Origin: a bacterium
GTDB lineage: Bacteria; CLD3; SB21
Direction of reading: 5' to 3'
DNA length: 41,222 bases
Assembly (NCBI GenBank): GCA_016788215.1
Contig: JAEUSJ010000009.1
Location: forward strand, 1 to 41,222
The position numbers were made by a program, and so were the translations under genes. Positions 1 to 7,412 of the stretch are shown in pieces (within the stretch, counting starts at the first letter, position 1; every line of letters begins with the position of its first letter). The notes below the pieces were generated by a model that was given only the letters and a program-made list of their open reading frames with translations, made no database searches and was not told where the DNA came from.

Positions 1-123
1 TTGCTGATCCACAAGGTCGCGGCATATGCGGCCGATCCGAAGCGATGCGGCACAGTGCGAACTGGACGGACCTCTCATGACCGGACCCATGACGTCATTA
101 AAAATGCTTGGGAATTGGTTCAT
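1..123 (-). CDS. Fe-S dependent L-serine dehydratase-like protein, N-terminal 41 codons only (gene continues past the left edge)
   Basis: Below the ORF-track cutoff, so translated by hand. Reverse-strand ATG at 123-121, open to base 1: MNQFPSIFNDVMGPVMRGPSSSHCAASLRIGRICRDLVDQQ. The GPVMxGPSSSH(T/C)A start is the signature N-terminus of iron-sulfur L-serine ammonia-lyase (SdaAB-type). Confidence 0.55.
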   Translation of the reverse strand, partial: MNQFPSIFNDVMGPVMRGPSSSHCAASLRIGRICRDLVDQQ

Positions 124-128
124 ATAAA

Positions 129-154
129 TATCTCAGGTTAATATCTCAGGTTAA
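129..154. repeat. perfect tandem duplication of a 13-mer (TATCTCAGGTTAA x2)
   Basis: 129-141 and 142-154 are identical. The repeat ends 5 nt upstream (minus-strand sense) of the ATG at 123. Confidence 0.9.
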
Positions 155-272
155 TGTCTTATGAATTTGCAATTGTTTCTGTTAAATGCCAACTCTTTTA
201 ATTTGTCAGTTGCATAGCCAAAGCGCTGTCAATTGATATAGAAAATGTCATTGCACATACAATTAAAATTAG

Positions 273-1220
273 TCAATGATTTTCCGAAGCCTGGAAAAAT
301 AAAATCACTTCGTCAACCAGTTCCACGGCCGTATATTTAGTTACATCAAACCACCGGATACGTGGGTCGCGGCGAAACCAGGTGAGTTGACGTTTGGCAT
401 AGTTGCGGGAACCTTGCTTAAATAGTTCCACCATACGCTCATAGCTTATTTCCCCCTCAAGATGGGCAATGATCTCCCGGTATCCGAGACTTTCCATGGA
501 TGTCAGGTGCGGTGAATAACCTTTTGCAATCAATTGTTTTGTTTCTTCGATCACGCCGCGCCGGATCATGTCGTCCACGCGCGCTTCGATACGGCGATAG
601 AGTTCCTCCCGCTCGCATGTAAGCCCGATTATCACCGGCTTGAAATTTATTTCAACAACTTGTTCCGCATGTTTCTCGGAAATCCGTTTGCCGGTGAGTT
701 CAAAAACTTCCAATGCGCGTTCAATCCTCTTCGCATCGTTGGGATGAATTTTGGCTGCTGCCGCCGAGTCAACTATTTCCAGTTCATGATAAACCGATTC
801 CAAACCAAGACGTGCGATTCGCTCCCTAATTTCCAGTCGAACCGATTCGTTCTTCTCACCTTCACCGATAAATCCGTCGATCAGCGCTCGAATGTAAAGG
901 CCAGAACCGCCTACAACAACCACTTCTTTGTTGCGCGCCCAAATCTCTTCGATTACTACCCGTCCGTCTGCGCCATATTGCCCGGCATTGTAATATTGAT
1001 CGGGATCGATGTGATCGATAAAATGGTGTGGAATAGAACCGCGTTCTTCTAAGGTAGGCTTCGCAGTACAAATATCCATATATCGGAATATTTGCCTCGA
1101 ATCGGCGGAAATGATTTCAGCATTGATTGCTTTTGCAACGGCAACCGATAAGGATGTTTTTCCGATAGCGGTCGGTCCGACGATGACCGGTATTTTTCGT
1201 TTATTTTCAGGAATAGGCAT
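273..1220 (-). CDS. miaA: tRNA dimethylallyltransferase
   Basis: 315 aa. P-loop VIVGPTAIGKTSLS, then DSRQIFRYMDICTAKPT, typical of MiaA. Confidence 0.93.
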   Translation of the reverse strand: MPIPENKRKIPVIVGPTAIGKTSLSVAVAKAINAEIISADSRQIFRYMDICTAKPTLEERGSIPHHFIDHIDPDQYYNAGQYGADGRVVIEEIWARNKEVVVVGGSGLYIRALIDGFIGEGEKNESVRLEIRERIARLGLESVYHELEIVDSAAAAKIHPNDAKRIERALEVFELTGKRISEKHAEQVVEINFKPVIIGLTCEREELYRRIEARVDDMIRRGVIEETKQLIAKGYSPHLTSMESLGYREIIAHLEGEISYERMVELFKQGSRNYAKRQLTWFRRDPRIRWFDVTKYTAVELVDEVILFFQASENH

Positions 1221-1325
1221 ATGACGCGCCCGACATTTTGACTGTATAAAAGCAAGTCAATGTAAACTGAGTTAACATCATTAATATAAATAGATAATAA
1301 TATTGAAATGAGATACGATTAGAAG

Positions 1326-3125
1326 CTAAATACGCATAAAACGTTTGTCTAATTCCTCTAATGACAGTTGTATGATGATCGGTCTCCCGTGCGGGCAGAC
1401 ATACGGGAATTTACAGGCAAACAGTTGATCAATCAGGCTGTTCATCTCCTCGACCGTCAAAGGGTCTCCGGATTTGATAGCGGATTTGCAGGAAAATGAT
1501 TTTGCCAAATTATCCCTCGGATCCAGGTCGTTATAACTGTTAATTTTATACTCGTTGATCATCTCGGTGAGAATTTTTTGTTCATTTCCAAGCCGCACAT
1601 CTGCAGGTACGGCCTCCACCACTACCGTTCGTTTGCCGAACTTCTTGATTACAAAACCCAGTTTTTCCACCAAAGGCAGAAATTCCTCTAAAATAGAAAA
1701 GTCTTCACCAGAAAACTCCAGCGTTTGCGGAAAAAGCAATTGCTGAGAAAAAATCGGATTCTTTTCAAAAGCATCCAAAGCTCTTTCATATAAAATACGT
1801 TCGTGCGCAACATGCTGGTCGATGATCGCGAGGCCGCTCTTAATCTGCGAAATAATATACCTATTATGCAGCTGCCAGACCAAACTGCTCAAATTCACAG
1901 TCTGTTTAGGCTGAGTAAGCTGTGTTTGAATTGCTTTCTTTTCTTCTTCCGGCGATTCAAAAAAACGGGCAACGTCGTCCTCGTTTTGTGAACCGCTGTC
2001 TGAACTCTGACCCGAATTCTGCATCCCGGAGCCCAATGGCATCCGCAGATTTTCTTTTTGCGTATGTAATTCCAGCGACAGGTTAGACTGTTCCGAATCA
2101 TTTTCATTGGACGACGATCTTGTAAGCGAAGGAATCATAGAGTCCGTGCTCATAGAGTCACGCACCGCGTGAAACATAGTCCTATAGAGCAATTGCTCAT
2201 CTTTGAATTTCACCTCTGCCTTTGTTGGATGAACATTCACGTCAAAATCTTCCGGGTTACTTTCCAAAAACAAAACGAAAAAAGGCTTATCCCCTTTCGG
2301 GATCGAATGTCCGTAGGCTGAAAATACAGCAAAATTAACGGTCCTGTTAACGATCGGCCGCCCGTTAAGGAACAAATACTGTTCCCCTTTCGTTTTGTAG
2401 GAAAAAGAAGGTTTACTCAAATACCCTTTGACATGCGTTCCAAACTGCTCCACATCCAGCGGCAATGTGTACGACATGATATCTTTTCCGATAACTTTTT
2501 CCAGCCGCGCCGGAAGATCCGCCTTGCGGAGCTGAAATATTTTTTCATCTTCATGAAACAGCGTAAATTCGACGCCCGGATAAGCCATGGCGAATTTCTT
2601 AATTACCGACGTAATGTGACGAAATTCGGTGTTGTTCGTTTTGAGGAAATTCCTTCGCGCGGGAACGTTATAAAACAAGTTTTTGACGGTAATCGTAGTC
2701 CCCTGCAAAGATGCTTCCTTAGTCACTTCTGATATATTTCCGGCATGCATTCTGACGATTGTACCGACTTCCTCACTTTTTGTTTTAGTTTTCATTTCCA
2801 CATCGGAAACGGAACTAATGCTCGCCAGAGCTTCCCCACGGAAACCAAAACTTTTGACGCGCTGGAGATCCTCCCACGAACTGATTTTACTCGTTGCATG
2901 CCTTTCAAAGCACAACACGGCGTCATCTGAATTCATCCCGCTTCCGTTATCAATGACCTGAATCAGCCCCTTGCCTCCGGACTTAACGGTTATTACGATC
3001 TCGTCAGAGCCTGCATCGATGGAATTTTCAATGAGTTCCTTTACGACGGAGGCCGGCCGTTCAACCACTTCGCCTGCCGCAATCTTGTTGGCCACATTCT
3101 CAGACAATATTTTAATGGTAGGCAT
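1326..3125 (-). CDS. mutL: DNA mismatch repair protein MutL (endonuclease-type)
   Basis: GHKL ATPase N-terminus IKILSENVANKIAAGEVVERPASVVKELIENSIDAG. C-terminal DQHVAHERILYE endonuclease motif and CPHGRP. The ORF extends to 3149, but homology favours the Met at 3125 (MPTIKIL...), which removes the overlap with the upstream gene. Confidence 0.93.
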   Translation of the reverse strand: MPTIKILSENVANKIAAGEVVERPASVVKELIENSIDAGSDEIVITVKSGGKGLIQVIDNGSGMNSDDAVLCFERHATSKISSWEDLQRVKSFGFRGEALASISSVSDVEMKTKTKSEEVGTIVRMHAGNISEVTKEASLQGTTITVKNLFYNVPARRNFLKTNNTEFRHITSVIKKFAMAYPGVEFTLFHEDEKIFQLRKADLPARLEKVIGKDIMSYTLPLDVEQFGTHVKGYLSKPSFSYKTKGEQYLFLNGRPIVNRTVNFAVFSAYGHSIPKGDKPFFVLFLESNPEDFDVNVHPTKAEVKFKDEQLLYRTMFHAVRDSMSTDSMIPSLTRSSSNENDSEQSNLSLELHTQKENLRMPLGSGMQNSGQSSDSGSQNEDDVARFFESPEEEKKAIQTQLTQPKQTVNLSSLVWQLHNRYIISQIKSGLAIIDQHVAHERILYERALDAFEKNPIFSQQLLFPQTLEFSGEDFSILEEFLPLVEKLGFVIKKFGKRTVVVEAVPADVRLGNEQKILTEMINEYKINSYNDLDPRDNLAKSFSCKSAIKSGDPLTVEEMNSLIDQLFACKFPYVCPHGRPIIIQLSLEELDKRFMRI

Positions 3126-3126
3126 A

Positions 3127-4077
3127 TCAGGCTTTGGTTTTGCGGACATAATACATTACAGATGAACCTCTTTTATCGTTCATTCCAACAATCCACGAAA
3201 TAAGAATAAGTAACTTCATTCGCAATAGAAAGAATGGAATCGTGTACCATGGCACATTTTCCATAATTTTTTTTTCGCTCATCAGGCAATTGAATACAGT
3301 ATCCAGAGGCATTTGATGTTGATTCACGATTTCCATACCGGCTTTATGTAAAATTGATTTTAACGTATCGGGCGTGAAATGCAGTAAGTGCCGCGGAACA
3401 TCCAGTGCAACCCAATTCTCTTTGTAAGCACCTGCATCAAATGACGATACATTGGGCAATGCAATGATCAGCAAGCCGTCAGCTGCGAGCAGAGCGCGAA
3501 CTCTATTCAGCGCTTCCAATGGTTTGTGAACATGCTCCAACACATGCCACATAGTTATAACGTCAAACCGGCTGATTGAAAATGCCGGGCCTTTGTGATC
3601 GATAAATCCGGTTTCAATTTCGAGGTGATACGTTTTCCTTGCAAATTCCGATGCCTCCGGCGACGGCTCCAATCCATACGATGTCCATCCGTTTGACTGC
3701 ATTTCAGACAAGAATTCACCCGTTCCGCAGCCAATGTCCAATATCGAATGGCCTGCCCTGAAGCGTTCAATTTTTTCCCGCTTCCAGCGAACGGAATATT
3801 TTCTGATGACGGTATAAACACGGCCAAATAGTGAACGACCGCTGCCCGAACTCAAAAACGGCGTGTACTGACCGCCTTCATAATATATGCCGATGGTTGA
3901 TTTCGTCGGCCTCGGATTCAAATAGCTTAACTGACAAAATTTACAGCAAACTAAATTATACGAACCGAACTTATCTGTAAATGTATATATCGATTTATTT
4001 TCTGCAAAAGCGCAATTCGGACAGACGGTGTTTTCAAATTCCACCTGTAAGGCAGCCGTATATTGTTCTTCGATCAT
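3127..4077 (-). CDS. class I SAM-dependent methyltransferase with N-terminal Cys-rich (zinc-ribbon-like) segment
   Basis: 316 aa. CPNC...CCKFC pairs, then SAM motif I ILDIGCGTGEF and VITMWHVLEHV. Confidence 0.8.
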   Translation of the reverse strand: MIEEQYTAALQVEFENTVCPNCAFAENKSIYTFTDKFGSYNLVCCKFCQLSYLNPRPTKSTIGIYYEGGQYTPFLSSGSGRSLFGRVYTVIRKYSVRWKREKIERFRAGHSILDIGCGTGEFLSEMQSNGWTSYGLEPSPEASEFARKTYHLEIETGFIDHKGPAFSISRFDVITMWHVLEHVHKPLEALNRVRALLAADGLLIIALPNVSSFDAGAYKENWVALDVPRHLLHFTPDTLKSILHKAGMEIVNQHQMPLDTVFNCLMSEKKIMENVPWYTIPFFLLRMKLLILISWIVGMNDKRGSSVMYYVRKTKA

Positions 4078-4084
4078 TCGTTAC

Positions 4085-4456
4085 TTACTTACTTAAAATA
4101 ATGTTAAGGAAAATTATAAGCCCGACCGTCACGGCAGTGAAAAAAATATAATTTGCAGTTTTCGCCCCGCTGAATGAAGTACTCTCAATGATCACTTCCT
4201 GCTTGTTAAATTTATAGTCAATGGGTTCGGACTTCTTTTTTTCCCAGCAGCGGGCATAGATAAAATGGTCGTCCACCGTTATAACTTCCATTCTGTAAAA
4301 TCCGAATGTTTTTCCGTCAATATGTGTGATGCGAACATTCTCTGCTTTTGACACCTCCTTATAGGTGTGATCGTTGTATATGACCGTTTTGCTTACCTGG
4401 CCGCAGCCGGCAATACATAATATGTACACGCTCATGAGCGTAAGACCTAATCTCAT
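4085..4456 (-). CDS. hypothetical lipoprotein with C-terminal TM helix
   Basis: Internal Met gives MRLGLTLMSVYILCIAGCGQ (signal peptide plus lipobox IAGC). Hydrophobic tail ANYIFFTAVTVGLIIFLNIIL. The ORF-track start at 4501 would overlap the upstream gene. Confidence 0.6.
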   Translation of the reverse strand: MRLGLTLMSVYILCIAGCGQVSKTVIYNDHTYKEVSKAENVRITHIDGKTFGFYRMEVITVDDHFIYARCWEKKKSEPIDYKFNKQEVIIESTSFSGAKTANYIFFTAVTVGLIIFLNIILSK

Positions 4457-4476
4457 AGTATATCCTTTAATGTTAC

Positions 4477-4785
4477 TTAATGACCTGGATGAATTAGCCA
4501 TGTTCCGCCGATTAGTAAAATCAATAGTGTGACAATAAGAAAAGCCATCGTAAATGCTCGCTGCCGTATGCTAAAAACAAGAAAAGCCAGCAGGCCCATT
4601 AACGGAGTCATCAGCAAACTGACGATACCGATCATTAGATATACGTAGCCGTTGCGCCATTCCCATACATGCGTTCCAGAGCTTGGTAGAAAGGCATAAA
4701 CCGTAAGGCCCAGCGCAAGAAAAGACAAACTCAAAACCGATCCTGCCCGCATTAATATTCTATAACTTTGGCTTATGTCCTGCAT
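4477..4785 (-). CDS. small 3-TM membrane protein (possibly the DUF1634-type partner often found beside TauE/SafE genes)
   Basis: 102 aa with three hydrophobic helices; starts 3 nt after the TauE-family gene ends. The family assignment is from memory of typical gene pairing only. Confidence 0.5.
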   Translation of the reverse strand: MQDISQSYRILMRAGSVLSLSFLALGLTVYAFLPSSGTHVWEWRNGYVYLMIGIVSLLMTPLMGLLAFLVFSIRQRAFTMAFLIVTLLILLIGGTWLIHPGH

Positions 4786-4788
4786 AAC

Positions 4789-5631
4789 TCAATTAAAGAC
4801 TTTCATAATCATGCGAAATGACGTATAGAGTAAAACGACCAATAAAACCATAATGAGAAACTTGGAGTTCACTTTCATTGCAATTTTAGATCCTAAATAG
4901 GAACCGCCAATAATGCCAATGATCAAACCGGAGGTCATCACTACGTCAAATTGGTCATACATAAAATAAACGATTGCCCCGGCAAGCCCTGTAAAACCGA
5001 TCATAAAACTGCTCGTTGCCGATGCGACTTTTATCGGAACTCCTCCTATCAGGTGCATCATCGGAACTTGTATTACGCCGCCGCCGACGCCGAGCATGCC
5101 GGATATAGCGCCGGCAAACGTGGACAGCCCAATATTTAAAGGAACGCGTCGTACTGTAAACCCCTGTACTTGATTGGATTTTTCAGATCGATATTTTCCG
5201 GTTATGCCAAAAAAACGGCCATCTTGTACATCCGTTCGTGATTCATAAACGCCATCTTCCGCGTTTTTTTTCAAATTACGAATTAACATGATCGCGGCAA
5301 ATATCATCAGCGCGGTAAATAGCATCATCAGAATATTTGGGTCAAGATAAACTCCGATGTAACTTCCTCCAAATGATCCGACGATAGTCGTCGACACAAG
5401 AATTAAACCTAATTTAAAATGTACCAGTTCCTTCTTTGCAAAAACGGATACGGACATGATGGATGTGGCGACAAGCGAAATCAGGCTGGCGCTGATGGCG
5501 TTTTTTATGTCCACGCCGAGTAATATGGTTAATGCCGGAACCATAATGATCCCCCCGCCCAGGCCCACCATCGAACCGAGCGTCCCTGCGACGGCGCCAA
5601 TCAGGATATAATATAAAATCGGATCGTGCAT
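4789..5631 (-). CDS. TauE/SafE family sulfite/anion exporter (DUF81)
   Basis: 280 aa. Duplicated halves, each with GxGGG(I/V)(I/V)xVP (GLGGGIIMVP and GVGGGVIQVP), separated by a hydrophilic loop. Confidence 0.85.
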   Translation of the reverse strand: MHDPILYYILIGAVAGTLGSMVGLGGGIIMVPALTILLGVDIKNAISASLISLVATSIMSVSVFAKKELVHFKLGLILVSTTIVGSFGGSYIGVYLDPNILMMLFTALMIFAAIMLIRNLKKNAEDGVYESRTDVQDGRFFGITGKYRSEKSNQVQGFTVRRVPLNIGLSTFAGAISGMLGVGGGVIQVPMMHLIGGVPIKVASATSSFMIGFTGLAGAIVYFMYDQFDVVMTSGLIIGIIGGSYLGSKIAMKVNSKFLIMVLLVVLLYTSFRMIMKVFN

Positions 5632-5637
5632 ATTTAT

Positions 5638-7389
5638 TTACTTCCCTGCGAGCACCTGTCGGTATTTATCCTGATTTTTTAACAATGCGACCGCCGCCAG
5701 ATACGGCTTGTCGTATTTGAAGCTGGTGAGAATACGCGCCCTATTGCCAAAATAACGCGATACGATCTCTTGTTCCAAAGTCATTGCAATAAAGGTTTTG
5801 CTGTTCTGAAAATCTTTTTGTTTCTCTGCGGTAAGTTCACCACGCAGGACGTCAATTTTGTCCATGGCCGTTGCGCCGTAATTATTCTTCTTTGCCAGCC
5901 GTTCAATTTCTTCCATTTGCTTTTCCGCTGCCGAAACATAATTGAAATTTCTATGCTGCAAGTATTTTTCAAAATCGATTATTAAGTTTTCATCCACGGC
6001 AAAATCGGAATCTATTCGAGCGTGATGGGCTACGAAGTTCGTAGCGTAATCAAAGATCAGGCCGCGTTTTAATACCTCCCTGAAGTATACCGTATATTCG
6101 TGCGAGGCAATCTCAATATCCGGCGTGATGCCTCCATTCGCGTACACGCTTCGGCCTTTTGCAGTTTTGAAAACCTGCTTCTCATTTGACCTATCAGCCT
6201 GGGTTTTACTCGAATCAGAGCCTGTATCCCCGGAACCGAATGTGTCAAAAATGTCTCTTTCGCCGTCATCGCCGCGTTCCATTTTCCTTGTTCTGCGTGA
6301 CGAGTAATCTTCCTTCTGAATACTGCGGCCGCTGGGCGTGTAATATTTTGCCGTTGTAATTTTAATGACGGCGTCTCTTTCCTGGAGCGGATATACGGTT
6401 TGAACTAATCCTTTTCCAAAGGTCGTTGACCCGATCACCACGCCGCGATCCAGATCCTGCAAAGCGCCGCCTACAATTTCCGACGCGCTTGCGCTGCCGC
6501 CGTCAACCAATACCACCAAAGGCATATCCGGGAACATGGGATCGTTAATTGCATTGTAATTGCGTGATGCGTCGGCAATCCGCCCTTTGGTATAAGTTAT
6601 AGTCTCACCTTTTTTGACGAACTGATTGGTTACATCGATAGCCGCATCAAGCAGACCGCCGGGATTCCCACGCAGATCCAATATTAAGGATTGCATGCCG
6701 CTATTTTTAAGATCTTTCAGAGCTCGAACAAAATCAAAATTCGCAGTTTTTGAAAATTTTGTAATTTTGATATATCCGATACTGCCGTTCATCATCCCCG
6801 TATACGAAATGTTTTCAACGGCTATCATCTCTCTTACTAATTCAAAATCCATGCGATGATCCTGTCCTTCACGCAGTACCGTCAGCCGTACTTTGGTTCC
6901 CGGCTCACCTTTAACGAAGTTGGACATCTCCTGAAGTGAAATATCATGCGCTGTAAGGCCGTTGACCCCGACGATGCGGTCACCGGGTAAAATTCCTACG
7001 CGCTGAGCCGGAGAACCATCCATCGTGGTGATCACGGTAATAAATCCGTCTTTTATACCAACTGAAATTCCTACCCCGCCATATTTCCCCATCATGAGCG
7101 CGTCCAAATCCCCGCTTTCATCGCCTTCATAGTAAACGGTATACGGATCCAATGTCGCCAGGAGCCCGTCAATGCCGGTCCGCATGAAATCTTTTGGAGG
7201 AATTTCATCGACGTATTTTTCAGTGATTGTTTTATAAACATCGCCAAACAGGCGGATTCCGCGTTTTACTTCATAATAATAATCATCGCCAACCAGCGAT
7301 TCAGCGAACCACCCTCCGAAAAATGAAAAGGAGAGCAAAAGCACCATTAGAACGCCGAGCGTTCGTTTGTGTAACCATGGATTTTTCAA
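5638..7389 (-). CDS. S41 family carboxy-terminal processing peptidase with PDZ domain
   Basis: 583 aa. Signal/TM start; PDZ-like SPAQRVGILPGDRIVGVNG; catalytic region DGGSASASEIVGGALQD and TFGKGLVQ. Confidence 0.9.
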   Translation of the reverse strand: MKNPWLHKRTLGVLMVLLLSFSFFGGWFAESLVGDDYYYEVKRGIRLFGDVYKTITEKYVDEIPPKDFMRTGIDGLLATLDPYTVYYEGDESGDLDALMMGKYGGVGISVGIKDGFITVITTMDGSPAQRVGILPGDRIVGVNGLTAHDISLQEMSNFVKGEPGTKVRLTVLREGQDHRMDFELVREMIAVENISYTGMMNGSIGYIKITKFSKTANFDFVRALKDLKNSGMQSLILDLRGNPGGLLDAAIDVTNQFVKKGETITYTKGRIADASRNYNAINDPMFPDMPLVVLVDGGSASASEIVGGALQDLDRGVVIGSTTFGKGLVQTVYPLQERDAVIKITTAKYYTPSGRSIQKEDYSSRRTRKMERGDDGERDIFDTFGSGDTGSDSSKTQADRSNEKQVFKTAKGRSVYANGGITPDIEIASHEYTVYFREVLKRGLIFDYATNFVAHHARIDSDFAVDENLIIDFEKYLQHRNFNYVSAAEKQMEEIERLAKKNNYGATAMDKIDVLRGELTAEKQKDFQNSKTFIAMTLEQEIVSRYFGNRARILTSFKYDKPYLAAVALLKNQDKYRQVLAGK

Positions 7390-7412
7390 TCGATCACCCC
7401 TTTGGTTAAAAT

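Noticed and set aside
168-192. sigma54-like TTGGCA...TTGCA on the minus strand upstream of the serine-dehydratase-like gene
   Set aside because: The GG and GC elements are about 20 nt apart instead of the required 12 nt, so it does not fit the -24/-12 geometry.
534-1052. 172-aa plus-strand ORF inside miaA
   Set aside because: It is fully antisense to a confidently identified gene, has no recognisable motifs and a biased low-complexity composition. This is a typical shadow ORF. The same applies to the other short antisense ORFs in the track.
4457-4501. 25-nt overlap between ORFs 4085-4501 and 4477-4785 as possible programmed overlap
   Set aside because: An internal Met at 4456 gives a textbook lipoprotein signal peptide and removes the overlap. 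The longer N-terminus is probably an ORF-calling artefact.
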